DNA of 64,000 nt from the NCBI GenBank assembly GCA_964016885.1, contig OZ024743.1, positions 42,842,001 through 42,906,000 of the forward strand. The letters are read 5' to 3'. The notes under the pieces were generated by a model, which was not told the origin of the DNA, ran no database searches, and saw only the letters and a program-made list of their open reading frames with translations. The position numbers were made by a program, and so were the translations under genes. Shown piece by piece: positions 1 through 14,148 of this stretch (the stretch's first letter is position 1; the number at the start of each line of letters is the position of its first letter). The stretch comes from Eledone cirrhosa. Lineage: Eukaryota.

Positions 1-1140
1 GCAAGAGCTTCATTGTAATAAGTGGAATGGTCATTGAAAATACGTTCGTTGGTGGAAAGACGGGAAAGCCTCAACGAAACGTTTCTTACCAGGTTCTTGG
101 TTATGCTAGCAGGATGGTTGGAATTCTTACTTATGTAATTAAGCGTATCATTCGGCTTCCTATACGGGTAATACAACCCATTCAATAAGTTGAAGGTATC
201 GTCGAGGTAATTAACGACCGAGAGATTGGCCTCAACCTGTATAGAGAGGTTGAAGCCTTTAAAGAAGGCTGTGAGTTCTTTTCTGAACCTGTCGCAAGCA
301 CGAGGTCCGCACTTAGTCATGGTCAAAAGACCATCGTCACGGTACAAACCGCCGCCCGCGTTGGGGAATTCGTCCTTAATAGAGAAAAGAAGGAAAAGGC
401 CGATAAGACCAGTAACCTCCGCAGAATCACTGGCGCCTATACTTACGTCGAATGGGGTACTATTGGATTTTTTAATCCAAATAGAGTCGTCGAAATTAAT
501 CACCGACTTACGGGCATTGAGGATGACATCAACTTCGAAATCCTTAACCACTGTGAATGTTTTAGCGAAATTGATAGCTCTAAGGAGAAGTGATAAAGTG
601 ATGGAGGAGTAGTAATTGTTGTTGTCGAATTGGATAAAACGGCAATGTTCCTTGTTACATATGCCGTTGAACCAATCAATCACCGCGAAGGAATTGTTCC
701 ACAGTCCAAGAGGGACCAAACTTCTAATTTCAGGTAAAATTCTATCAAGAATCGTCTTACTAAGTCTACCTAAATCGGACTTCGTAGGGTTAATAAGCCG
801 AATAGAGGGGTTGTTCGGAAAATTGGATTTGCGATCCTTCAGGGAATAGTGGGGAGAAATAGGGTCCAGAGGTTCGGTCCGGTCCAGGATGTTGAGATCA
901 GATGTGACTTTAAACCCAGCATCGTTGATTTCATTGATGACGCACCGATTAGTTTTACGGTAATCCTTAGTTACAGCATTATGTAGTAGTTGATGGTAAC
1001 TACTGCGCTACACTTGATATAGGTTGCCAGTTTTGACGGAATGGACGTGCTCGGCATTAGAATCCTTAATAGAACGAATTCTATTCTTCAGGTCAAGCTG
1101 GAAGGAATTGCTCCTATTCCGAAATTTGATACTCCGAATC
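1..1140 (-). mobile_element. Penelope-like element (Naiad-type) reverse transcriptase region, running off the window start; one in-frame TAG near 1008
   Basis: Manual minus-strand translation: IKFRNRSNSFQLDLK..KTGNLYQV*..SLKDRKSNFPNNPSIRLINPTKSDLGRLSKTIL..WNNSFAVIDWF..FIQFD..YSSI..NARKSVI..FDVSIGASDSAEV..GLYRDDGL..VNYLD..YPYRKPND..SNHPASI. These are Naiad-clade PLE RT motifs. Probably absent from the ORF track because the frame has no stop inside the window. Confidence 0.9.
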
Positions 1141-1547
1141 GCCAGAGAACGTCTCTATGCACCACCTAAGAGAACATTAGTCTACGACCTCTATTATACC
1201 ATAAACGTGGTTCTGTCTTTGCGCGTAATTGTTTTTCACCGCTCCTATTAATGACGTATTATATTCGTTTTTTCCCGTTCTTAGCCAGCGAACGTTTCCA
1301 CGAACCAAAGTATCGTCTTCCTGTCTTCCTCCGGTTGCAACGTTTTTTGAAATATCCAGTTCTGCGTTTACAGATTGACTTTGTTAGTTTCAGAAGATCC
1401 CGTTAAGGGTGAAAGCAGCGATTCTTTGCTTAAACTTTAATCTGTTATTTTAATAAATATTTACTCTACGGTTCTTATATATTTGATATATATTTATCCT
1501 TATCGAGCCCTCTTTGGATTTTAGTCTTCAAATTTATTATTATTACT
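1141..1547 (+). mobile_element. Probable inverted pseudo-LTR joined to the 5' end of the Naiad RT copy
   Basis: Non-coding; carries an HHR motif on the strand opposite the RT; ends in (TA)n at about 1548; the same HHR block recurs at 46664. Confidence 0.55.
1386..1436 (+). ncRNA. Type I hammerhead-like motif with variant core CAGAAGA
   Basis: agttt-CAGAAGA-tccc gttaa gggt-GAAA-gca..tgc-TT-aaact; stems I, II and III all pair. Confidence 0.65.
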
Positions 1548-1730
1548 ATATATATATATATAAATACACATCTTATACACACCATGCATCTCAACGTACA
1601 CCCACTTACATCTCTCTCTCCACCACCGGATCTTGTTACCCGGAGATTTATCCATTTGCATTGTCGAGGCTTCCAAACGACTTAAAGATATTTACTTATT
1701 ATTCCACAATGCTTCAAGCAAACTTCAATA

Positions 1731-1782
<52 letters not shown>

Positions 1783-1819
1783 CGTGTGTGTGTGCGTGCG
1801 TGTATGGTGGGTATATTTG

Positions 1820-2761
1820 TATATATATAAAATTAAGTATGTGTGTCTGTGTGTCTGTGTGTCTGTGTATTACCTATAAGGGCCTACATATTACGGCCGA
1901 TTTTCATGAAACTTTACAGGCTCATAGATTACTCATCGGGGAGTGTTTTATATATATATCAGCGTATCGTTTTTTTTTTATTCCAGGGTCATTCTGCAGA
2001 TAGAAATCGATAGGGGGGGGGGGTCCCCCTTTTCTAAGTATCGGAAAATAAAATTTTTGGATCTAGCTCTCACATTTTGCCACGGATTTCGTTCAATTTT
2101 AAAGTAAAATAGAATTTATCATTGCACATCCTGTAATGGCTTTCTATTTTGCATTTGTTGTTCAGGGACGGCGTGGCAGCCGCTTAAATATTCAAAATAC
2201 CACTTTTAGACTCAAATTTCCACTTTTTCGGCTCTAGCTCTCACATTAATCAACCTACTTTGTTCAAATTGTACACTACGATAGATCTGATTATTTTACG
2301 TCTTAAAGTGTGTTTATATTTTGTATCTTTTCTTCAGGAACGGCATGGCAGCCGCTTAAATATTCGAAAATACCACCTTTTCGCTCAAATTTCCGCATTT
2401 TCGGCTCTATCTCCCACATTATTCAACCGATTATGTTCAAATTCGAAACTTCGGCTCCACCTTACACATAAATCAATTTATTTGGTTCAACTTTTATACT
2501 ACGATAGAACCTATTATTGCACAACTTATAGTAACTTTACAGTTTGCATTGTTTGTTCAGGGACGGTGTGGCAGCCGTTTAACTTTTCAAAATACGATTT
2601 TTTCCACCTCCCACGTATTCCATACGATTCCACTCAATATTTCGCCATATTCTACACCTTACGACCAATTTTCAAGAAACTCGCAGTCGCTAAGATCAAC
2701 ACCTTTTCATCAAAGCAGATATTATTTTACCTACCCAGGCAACTCTGGGTACTGCTGCTAG
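1820..2761 (+). mobile_element. Non-autonomous Helitron/DINE-1-like element
   Basis: 5' TATATATAAAA plus GTGTCT microsatellite; about 170-bp internal diverged repeats (ctctagctctcacatt..ggcagccgcttaaatattc); 3' hairpin tacccag-gcaact-ctgggta (2732-2751) followed by CTAG. Confidence 0.75.
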
Positions 2762-3399
2762 TATATATATATATGAATTAAAAGTGACAAAGGCAGGCGC
2801 TGTGTAGTAACTAATAAATATTTTTTAGTAGACCGTAAGAGAAAAACAAACATAAGGACAATTCGGCTGGCTGCTGTCGGCTGCTGATGTTTCGACGCAT
2901 TAAAGATAGTACATCTCACCACAGTGCGTTAATAACTACGAGCTATAATTATTAGGAAAAGAAAAAAACAAAAAAAACAAAGACGATAGCCAAGAGAACG
3001 ACATAAAAAGAAAATAAACGGAAAAAGAAAACAGGAGAAAAACATACCGCTAGACAGTGGGGAAATACACGGGAGAGTAGTATATGTAAGTAGCCACTTT
3101 AAATTGGAGGGAGCCAGAAGTTAAAAAGGAGACTGAGCATAAGCCATAAGGATTCACCGACAGTACAGCGCGATTAGCAGAGGGCTGTGAGCGGTTGAAG
3201 ATAATCCGGTCTCCAATACCTTCTCAGCATTCGGTTGACTCAGAACTATTGCTCCGTCAAGGAGACGAGCTATGGAAATCCGTGCCTACTTGTTCACCGT
3301 TAAGAAAAGGTACTAAATGTAACCTCAGTGCATGTGTGTGCCTCCTCAGCTACGGCATCCCCCGTTCTGAACTCATCAGGTTTTGTCAACCCATGGATC

Positions 3400-4450
3400 A
3401 TCTGACAAGTGGAACCTGTCCCGTCCACAAAATGCGTTAGCGTAAACGCTCCAGTGCACTCAGAGACCACCCAGGGCAAAGCACATAGGTCAGACGGTAC
3501 TATATGCCGGATGCAAAAAAAAAACAGACACCGATCAATATAACCGGTCCGTGTCCAACACCCAGCCACGTTGTTAGACGGCATGGACTTGCCTCGCCAG
3601 TTTCCGAGCCGCAGGTCCGCCCTGTTTTGCTTCGTAATCCTCGAGAGTGGTATCGATCAACTCCGTATGTGTGCTGCCTGACCCACTACATTGGCATCGG
3701 TGGCATATTGTTAGTTAACGTATCTAATTCATGTACTCAATGCACGAGAGTTAATACATACAAAGAGGACAAGGGAAGACGGTCTTGGTTGGCCGAGCAG
3801 TTCTGAAAGGTAGTCGTTAACCACTGAGTAGATGTCGCTAGGCTTAGGAGCGATCCAGGCCCTGAAAATGTGTCCGAAGTGGGCTACTTTCTGGAATACC
3901 GCGAGGTAGCTTTGGCTGAGGCTATCAAACGCTTTCGTTTGATCTAAGTAGGTCTGGGTTCTATCCGTGCCAGGTTCCTTAGCACAACTCTATACGATGT
4001 ATCGCCTGAGCTGGAAGTTTTCGTGGATGGATCTGTTTGCAACTCTCCCACTAGACTCCCGCCAACCTCGTCTCTAACATCCTGGCCAAAATGATGAACT
4101 CTATTTAACAGATTTATTGGCACAAGATTATGAATGTATTCTCTCTTGTTCAGGGTCTTTCTTCGCACTGCCACAACCCATCGACACTCAAATCTGGGTA
4201 TACAACTGTTCTGCTGCCAGCTGCAGAAGATGCCTACCAGAATGCCACAAAATAAGACTAGCATGTAAGCCTAAAGCTCGTACGGCAGACCATCGAAACC
4301 AGGCAATTTGGCCTTCCTGCAGCTAGTGGAGATTGGCATTCGATGCAGGCCGTCGACGTCAGCACTGAACTTTCTCACCCTATATAGCCCGCCACTGCAG
4401 TTGAGGAACTGTTGCTGAAGATCGCATATATCTGCTTGGTATCATGTAAT
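3400..4450 (-). pseudogene. Degenerate L1/Tx1-clade LINE RT fragment
   Basis: Minus strand: KLPGFDGLPYEL..GIFCSWQQNSCIP..NLVPINLLN..DQTKAFDS..FGHIFRAWIA; several stops and frameshifts. Boundaries approximate. Confidence 0.75.
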
Positions 4451-5970
4451 AGGTAGCCGTCATCGGGCACCCCAAACCATATTATGGATTTGTTTCCACA
4501 CGCAACCCTATCTCAGGTCCGGTGAACAACGTTCGACCCCTCGTGTCTACAAGCATGCACTCTTGCTCTGAAAACAACATTCCCGTTGAACATTGCAGAA
4601 TTGTTTCAGGGCCAATGTCCGCTAAAGCACTTCGGCTGTTATACCTTTGCTAAGTACCTCTTCTATTACTTTTTACTATATCATATATTACGGTAAACTG
4701 GGAAGTGATATTGAATTCATGATAAATTACTGAACAATTCTTCCTTTCCTTTTGTTTTCCCCCTTTTTTTTTCTTACTAAATTCTATTTAAAACATAAAC
4801 ATCTATTCAATAGTTTGAATATATCTAATTAGGAAAGAAATATCTGTCTGTTAGGGATGTAGACAATGAGATATGTCCTTAGTTTACTGAATGCAACAAA
4901 AGACATGTCAGTTATGACAGTTTTCTAATAATTAATATCCCACAACATTTATTAGTTGTAGATGTATGGGAGTGGGTGGACAGCTGGTGTTAATTGTGGG
5001 GTATATGGGATGTACAAATGGTATCAGTACAATAAATGCTATCTTAATGTACAAGAAAATGCATCGATACAATGAAACATAAGCTGAAATGGCTGCAAAG
5101 CCTCTGAGTATTCTCTCACCCCCACACACATACGTGTGTGTGTGTGTGTGTGTATATTTTCATGTGTGCCTGGGCGTGTTTACGTGAAGGTCTGTGTGTG
5201 TATGTGTATTAATGTTAGGGCGAATACTACTGGGATACATCGTCATTGATGCAACGTTGTATCATGACTGTTTGGGGATTTTCAATTTAAATCATTGTCG
5301 TTCAGCTTTTTTAATAGAATGCTACTGCCTTCTGTATTTGAATTACACATGTTTCATTCAAATACAGACGGATGTAGTATTCTATTTCTTTGTATGTAAT
5401 TCATTAGTAAAAAAAGATATTTTTTTACCGATCGCATGTCGAATCTCACAAAATCTCCCAAATTCAAAAAACATAAACAAACTTTACATATAGTTGGGAA
5501 AACCTTAAAGATTATGGAAAACTAGAAATTAATAATTATTATTAATACACACACTATGTAGTGTATAGTTTGTCTGCTATTCATAATACTCGTATTTTGA
5601 CTCGAATAAACATTAGAGCAGTGAAATTAGTCCTCATCAATTTAATAACATTTATTAATTAAAGTTGTAATTCTAACTATATGGAATGTTAAAAAAAGGC
5701 AATATAAAAATTATGGAAGTTAGATTAGTAATACTGTATGAATCAGTAGGATGATATATAATTGTTAAGAACTGTTAACTTAAATGTCATGACTATTTTA
5801 TTTTATACATGCTCTATGATATTGTAAAACTACTGTGAGTGGAAATTTACAAGCTGGATTAAACGCTCAACTGTCTTTTGCCAATCTTACTGTGAATTTA
5901 AAAAAACGGCATTCGACTTTGAATATCTGTCTGTCTTATACAGTTGTATTATCAACTCATCTGATCTGCG

Positions 5971-6025
<55 letters not shown>

Positions 6026-6029
6026 ATAC

Positions 6030-7270
6030 CATATATACCTCCAACATGCTCAGCCTCGGCCAGAGAGATCGGTAAAATCCAGATTCGTTCGAAATAAGGA
6101 GCAAGGAACTTGAATCAGCAATCACAGTATGGGGTGCCTCGCTCTTTAAGTTCAACGCTCCCTCACACCATAACGATCACTTGCTGTTCTACGGAAAATA
6201 AACTATGGCACTCTGCGAATCGCTCCCCTCTGACTGGGACAACATTCGCGCCATATATGATGGCATAACGTATGCATTCGGTCCAACTCCCATCAAGGCC
6301 CCTTTTTCAATTCTATCATAGGCAACATTATCAATGACCGAAATAGAAAGTTTTTCACTTTGTTCAAGAATAAGCCCGATCGTATCGACTGCAACACCTA
6401 TCCTTCATTTTCCGTTCCCACTCTTATTGTGAAGGCATACGTGTAGGGCTGAATAAATTACAGGCTTTTGCTTAGTGCGTTTACCCCCCAGAAGCCCTGT
6501 GTGGATTCAGGGCAGGGCATTCGACATTCGACATGATCTGCTCTCTTTGCAACAGAAGTGACAAGAACAACGGTGATAATTATATTATCCGTCATCGATC
6601 TGACAAAGTCATTTGGTCTCGTCAGGCAGAAATGTATACTCACCAGACTGCAAAGGATTGGATGACACGTGAGGCAATGTGTGATTACATCATTTTATGA
6701 TCAAATGAGCAAATGGAAAGTGGATGTGTACTCGCACCGACACCTTTTGTTATCACTTTATCTCTTTGGATGCCGTATGTCTTCAGTAAGTAAGAGGGTG
6801 ACGTCTACAGTCACACAAACCTGAATCAGCGACAGTTTTTTCAAAGGTCACAAGCCTACAAGGAAAAACAGAGATGTGTCAGATATATATCAGGGAGATC
6901 CTGTTTGTTCGCCACTCCGTTCTAACCACTACCAATGACGAGATCCTCCAAAGTTTCATCAGCTGATACTTACGTGAGGTTTTTGTAGGTTAATCAGCTT
7001 CAAGAAATCAAATACAATGGGCCAATAATCCCCAACACCACCACTGACGTCTTTGTTCTCTTTGTAGTACAGAATGCACCTAACTTGGCGCCAACATGTT
7101 CAGCAATCTATCTGAACGCTGAGCTAAAGAGGAGAGTCGAATTGCTGTGACAGCAATGACTCTCGTGGCAAAGGGATTCAGGAAGAAGAGGCTGCTAACC
7201 GTAAACTCCAGAATGGAATTATACCAAGCACCTATATTGCTATCCACATATTTCCCTTTGTATACAAAGA
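6030..7270 (+). pseudogene. Degenerate RTE (BovB-like) LINE RT fragment
   Basis: LFKNKPDRIDCNTY..CGFRAGHSTFDMI..IDLTKSFGLV..LTVNSRMELYQA..LLST. Confidence 0.75.
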
Positions 7271-8962
7271 ACACAATTCTATATTCATATCACACTCAAC
7301 ACACTCATAGATCCTTGCTACCTATACGTTTAAAACACCCACTTACATGTAGAATCTACGTTTTACAACTTAGAAACCTGCTTCTGAATGTAAAATAATT
7401 ATTTGACAACATGCATCTCACAGTAATTTAATAACCTTTCTGTCAATAATATTTGTTTCGTACATTATTGTGATGTCGTCTTTACGAAGAAGTTAATATA
7501 ATAGAATAAAAATCCATTATAAGCCTCCGCATGAATATTTTCCTCCTATTCGCGACCTGTGAAATATCCTTATTGGTGCAAGCACGGCGGTTATCAGTTC
7601 TCAATGCAGCTACGTGGTTCCAGTTTCACAGTCAGTATGTAGCATCTGGTGCGAATGCCTCCTCATAACGATTTATGAGTTGAATTTGGTAGATGACAAC
7701 TGTGTGGAAGCCCACAGAGTCTGTATTTTAAATGTTCCTTGTCATACTACTGATACTAATTGTGAATTAGATAAACTGTACACCTGTTTGTTGAAGGGGA
7801 AACGACTTAGATTGTGGATGCTTCAATGATTCCTGGAAACCGAAGGAGGGTCAATCGTCATTACCATTGTTATCACAACTGTTCATTTACGCCCAATATT
7901 ATCACTGCCTTTCAAACCGACCAGTGCTATATTATATCTCACACATCAATTACTATGTCTAAGAATGTTTAACCTGGATTATGATTAGAAATAATTATGA
8001 TTAGAAATATTTATAATTAGAAGTAATTATGATGAAAAGCATTTACTTGAACGTTGGTCTTGTGACAAAAGGTGTAAGTTCTTGTGAATAGCAATGATAT
8101 TTCTAACGTTATAAGTGCTAAACCGTATCAGATTGATACAATGTGACAAGGCTAAACAATTAAATTACGTCTACCACTCATCCGATAGTTTCCCTTGCAA
8201 ATTCTGCCTAACCTATATCATTTAAAATATTGGATCAAACATAGACTGCGATTTGCACCACTGTAACATTGGAATGGGGTTCAATGAGAGACAACCGAAT
8301 TTCTGACCGCGTAAGCCACGCTGTTATAGCTGGATTCCTATAATTTCTTTCTCTGGCAAAAGAACTTGCAATTATGTTTTCTGAGGATGTGGTGGGAAAG
8401 TCTCCTGCGGTGTGGGAATGTTGATGTTTAGCCTCGTGTGTTCATGGTTGATGATGGGTGATTTTCTGGAGTTCTCAGCCTGTTGTAGTTCATCGGAAGT
8501 CCCCTTCCCGCTTGAAAGGTCAGGAATATTGGCAAGAATTGTTTATTTTTGATCTGAGGTTGGCCTGGTGTGAGGTTTACAATCTGCTTGTCGATTTATG
8601 TTCCATTGATACCATGCACCCTCGTAAAGTGGCAAGCCAGTGACTTACAGATTTGTTACTGCTACCATGGAGAGGTTATTTGAGATCAGATACATTCAGG
8701 CAGACATACACACAATTGAATGGTCCTTGACTCTTATGAGTTCTTCCACCTGTTGATAAATGTTGATTTATAGTCCGGTGGGTCAATAAACATTGCCCTC
8801 CTCACCACGCTACTTGGTGGGGTTGTCGGTTAACAAACCGAAGATTCGACCATGAAAGAAATTGATCTGGGGTACATTTTGCCTGTAGCACACAAGAAGC
8901 AGGTTAAATCTTTCTCTTTTGTTGCATTGCAACAAGGTCATTCAATTATATTATTTTGTAGG

Positions 8963-9204
8963 TGTATACGTTTATATTGATTTTACTATTTATTTCACTA
9001 AATTTATTTCCTCATCTTCAAATACTTATATTTACAAGCAAAATAAAATGACGACAGTATTTTTCTGCAATATTACTTCATTCAATATATCTGCAGGAAC
9101 ATTCTTTAGAGATTATATCTTCCATTCACACACACTAACTTCTATCATCCTTCCCTAATTACCATGTACAACATTTACTCTCCACGTAGTTAGGTTCCAG
9201 TTAC

Positions 9205-9284
<80 letters not shown>

Positions 9285-9526
9285 GTAACTGGAACCTAAC
9301 TACGTGGAGAGTAAATGTTGTACATGGTAATTAGGGAAGGATGATAGAAGTTAGTGTGTGTGAATGGAAGATATAATCTCTAAAGAATGTTCCTGCAGAT
9401 ATATTGAATGAAGTAATATTGCAGAAAAATACTGTCGTCATTTTATTTTGCAAGTAAATATAAGTATTTGAAGATGAGGAAATAAATTTAGTGAAATAAT
9501 TAGTAAAATCAATATAAACGTATACA
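8963..9526. repeat. Palindrome with about 247-bp arms centred on a (TA)n tract
   Basis: 8963-9209 is the reverse complement of 9280-9526 with about 3 mismatches; the spacer is pure (TA)n. Confidence 0.95.
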
Positions 9527-9592
9527 TATGTCCCAAGGCTCTGATACGATAAACACTATAAACACAGAGTTGGCATATCTAAGAACTGACTA

Positions 9593-9648
9593 ACTGCCTG
9601 ATGAGGTCATAGCCATTCAATGTCTATCATCGAAATATATATAGCAGT
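9593..9648 (+). ncRNA. Type I hammerhead ribozyme (PLE pLTR type)
   Basis: actgc-CTGATGA-stem II-GAAA-tatata-TA-gcagt; related copy at 14094. Confidence 0.8.
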
Positions 9649-9689
9649 AAATAAAGAATTATGAGTTCATGCAATTGACTTATGTTTCG

Positions 9690-9816
<127 letters not shown>

Positions 9817-10056
9817 AATGAATAATAACAGGTAGACATCATAAAAAGGTAGTTTATTCCGTGTGCTTACAAGTGTTTCCACGGTGGTACTGCAGCCTAG
9901 TTCCGCTACGTGCAAATTCACAAGTATTTGCAGAACTCGAATATCCAATGCTGTGACCACTGTTTCTTTCCATAACTCGTAGAGTAACCTCTTACCGTAC
10001 GTCAACCATATCCAGTGTAGTAATTAACCATCACTACATCTTGGATAATCCTATAC

Positions 10057-10166
<110 letters not shown>

Positions 10167-10939
10167 GGGGGGGTTCACATGTATGTAAGTATGTACGTGT
10201 GTTTTTGTGTGGGTATCATGATACCGTGTGCTTCTAACAATATTATACCTACTATTCTTATATATTGACAGCATCGCTTTCACATCTCAAATCTATAAAC
10301 CTCCAGAGAATTGTTTCACGCATCATGCAGGCCACATAATTCAAATTTCATTTACTATACTTATTGATATATATTTCCTCAGTTCATAAGTTCATATACG
10401 TTTGAGCATCCACTAAGTGCGTTATACTAGCTGTTAAAATGAATTGAAATCATCTATATTATACCAACTTACTATGATTTAAGAACGTTACAACTCATAT
10501 TACTCATATTTCTCAAGTAGATTATTAGCAAAGTCTTCCATTCTGGTTTCAGAAATAATTTCCTTTTTGCCTATGTATATACTTTCCTTACAGCCATAGC
10601 TTCTTAATTTAGAGATGGATAAATAAACTTCACAGGTAAGACAGTGGAATGCTGCAATGTTAGAGCATTCGAAGTGACATATTCGATGTATGAGTTTCAA
10701 CACTATGTGTTTTCAGTTCAGATTTTATCACAGAAAATCAACGAGTTTTTCCCTGAATTAATACAACATCTAGGGTGTGGTCTGGACCATATATGACTCA
10801 CCATTTGGTCGGTACTTTCTTCCTGACCATCGACTAGATTTGAAATTAGAATTCCGTAATAATTAATCGACACTCTAATGGGTCTGTCGAAAGGCTTTCT
10901 ATGGTGAAAATTACGCGACAGCAACAGGTTACACACACA

Positions 10940-10980
<41 letters not shown>

Positions 10981-10983
<3 letters not shown>

Positions 10984-11815
10984 AATGTAAGTATGTATGT
11001 ATACATACATACCTATATGTATGTATACATACATACATATATGTATACAGACGTACAGTAGTATGTATATATATACATACATGCACACACATATATATGC
11101 ACGTATCGGTTTACCGAACATTTATTATAATGCTCGGCTTGTTTGTATATAAACAAACAAACAGCCCTAATTACAAACAAACAAACTGGGCATTATAATA
11201 AATGTTCGGTAAACCGATACGTTCATATATATACGTGTGCATGTATGTATATATACACATACTACTGTACGTCTGTATACATATATGTATGTACGTATAC
11301 ATACATACATACATACTTACATTTAAGTAAGTGCCGTACTAAGAGTCAGAAATGAAATTTCGTTTCATTCTATTCCATTTATCGATTTCGGTGTGCACGG
11401 CCGACTGAACTCACTTGATATGCAAATTAAGCTGCTCAGCCGTTAATATGCATAAAGAAAGTATATACTTTCAGACGTTCAACCATCTGGCAGGAAGGTA
11501 TACGATGCTGACGATAGCTAATACGTTTGAAACTAGTACATCGTTCCTGTGTCAGTGTTGAACAAAAAGGTGACTTGGGTGCTTAAACACTGTACGGGCT
11601 GTTTGTTTGTTTACAAACAAACAAACCGAGCATTATAATAAATGTTCGGTAAACCGATACGTGCATATATATATATATGTGTGTGCATGTATGTATATAT
11701 ATACATACTACTGTACGTCTGTATACATATATGTATGTACGTATACATACATGCTTACATTTAAGTAAGTGCCGTACTAAGAGTGAGAAATGAAATTTCG
11801 TTTCATTCTATTCCA
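10981..11815 (+). mobile_element. Non-coding HHR-bearing mini-element: inverted 5' arm plus about 1.5 tandem units of about 440 nt
   Basis: 10981-11168 is an inverted copy of 11596-11764; 11190-11377 is directly repeated at 11629-11815; flanked by (TA)n. Confidence 0.8.
11503..11543 (+). ncRNA. Minimal type I hammerhead ribozyme
   Basis: cgatg-CTGACGA-tagc taatac gttt-GAAA-ctag-TA-catcg; palindromic stem III. Confidence 0.85.
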
Positions 11816-12037
11816 TATATATATATATATATATATGGTCATTAGGGGATATGCTAGCTAGGCGATATAGAAACAACAGCTAAGCCCGTAGGCTGGTTAA
11901 TGGGATAGCTCATTACACTACTGATGATTATATAAATAATGTACTGTCCAATGAGATCATATCTGGTAACTACGTAGCAGATGCCATCACAATACCTATC
12001 ACGGGATTGTGTAATAAATATATCTTCTAAATCCTTA

Positions 12038-12466
<429 letters not shown>

Positions 12467-12796
12467 GCTGTCCATAGTATATATATAATGGCAGCGGTAT
12501 GTATGTGTGTGCGATTTGAACAATGTAAACAAAGGGCAAATTTTAGTGCTTAATTAGTTCATAAACAATGAACTAATTAAATACTAATTTTCGCCATTCA
12601 TTTTCATTGTTCGACATATCCATATATATGTTCCTGAAAGCTCAATTTGAATCCAGTATAATGATAGCCTACTAATAACTATTATTACCAGAACTTGCTG
12701 AAATGATTACATCTGTACTACATGGTGTTCTAACAGCATTATTAGCCCTACCATAGTCTGGTACATATCATTATATATATATATACATATATATAT

Positions 12797-12985
12797 AAGA
12801 AAATATCGCAAGAAACCAGATGGACCATACCGCACCATAGTACTCGATACTTAGGGCAGTAGAGTGGGTAATAGGAAAAGAGTCAGGACCGCGACGGCTG
12901 AGGTCCGGTCGTTTCGACAGCTAGATTCAAACTAAATCTTGTTCGGATCTAGCTGTCGAAACAGTCTGGTTCCTGCCTCTTTTCC

Positions 12986-12988
<3 letters not shown>
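12797..12988 (-). mobile_element. Tail-plus-fold-back mini-element (family also at 35451, 36043, 59811 and 30513)
   Basis: Shared about 85-nt block aaccagatggaccata..gtactc..tacttaggg.agtagagtgggtaatagga, followed by an imperfect hairpin ending ttcctata. Confidence 0.8.
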
Positions 12989-13068
<80 letters not shown>

Positions 13069-13074
<6 letters not shown>

Positions 13075-13429
13075 GACGTAAAATAAGAAAATTATAATAA
13101 TTAACTTACTTAAGTTTCACACCAACTAATTAGTTTCTGAATGGGGATATACATAGTGTTCAAATTATAAAGAATTAGTATATCTACCAACATATTTATA
13201 CAGAAGTATACTTACGTTAGCAAGATATAGGTTTTGTCTTAGTAACTTTGTGGTTCAATACAAAAATGTATCGCCAGGGATCTTAGCCGAGAATTGACTC
13301 CCTGATGAAGAACGGATTCTCCATAGTTTTGAACACTATGTATATCCCCTTTCAGAAACTAATTAGTTGGAGTGAAACTTAATTAAGTAAGTTAATTATT
13401 ATAATTTTCCTATTTTACGTCTTTCATAT
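13069..13429. repeat. Fold-back element with about 95-bp inverted arms and a truncated HHR core (CTGATGA at 13302) in the loop
   Basis: 13069-13164 pairs with 13328-13429; starts at the end of a (TA)n tract. Confidence 0.85.
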
Positions 13430-14093
13430 AATCATTCTAAATTTTTTAGAAACCCCCCCCCCCCCCCCCCCCCCCCCCACCACCACCACGGAGATGGTGG
13501 CGGGAGGGATGAAAAAACACACACAGATACTACTAAATTGTCAGGAGCAGCAAGACATAAGCTGACCACAACACCAACAACACTACCAAAATAAGGGTAG
13601 AGGTCAGATGTACTTAACAATAGCAAACACAAACACTACAGGGAGCCTCAACCCAGAAAGAATTTCTATAGACTTCGGACTGAGGAATGCTCTCAAAACT
13701 GACCAATGGGAAGTTCGACATTTTTTTGCTATTTTGTTCCTTTACCATCTTATTCCTTCTACCACTTTATCAATTTTTTTGAGCTAACTCCAACAATAAC
13801 AACACTACCAACACAAGAATTGAGGTCAGATGTACTTAACAATAACAAGAACAACAACTACAGATTGGCTTGCATCAGAACGAATTTCTATAGACTTTTG
13901 AATGAGGAATGGTCTAACAACTGACCAATGAGAGGAGAAGAGGCCCTTTGACACTGAAATTCGTTTGTTTGAATTCATATGATTCCAGTTCCTCAGTGAA
14001 ATAACAACCCAACCAGGAACTGGGCATATCAGAGTATTGACAAAGTTATACACCTCAACAACATATGTACTTGTCTATACCACCCTAATTCGA

Positions 14094-14148
14094 ACTGCCT
14101 GAAGAAGTCACAGCCAAAGATGGCTGTCACCGAAATATATATAGCAGT
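14094..14148 (+). ncRNA. Type I hammerhead ribozyme
   Basis: actgc-CTGAAGA-agtc acagcca aaga tggctgt cacc-GAAA-tatata-TA-gcagt. It lies in a PLE-like 3' end (about 13440-14300) that has an internal direct repeat (13565-13705 and 13795-13930). Confidence 0.85.

Noticed and set aside
226-1251. Plus-strand ORFs of 128, 77 and 75 aa
   Set aside because: Antisense shadows of the minus-strand PLE RT.
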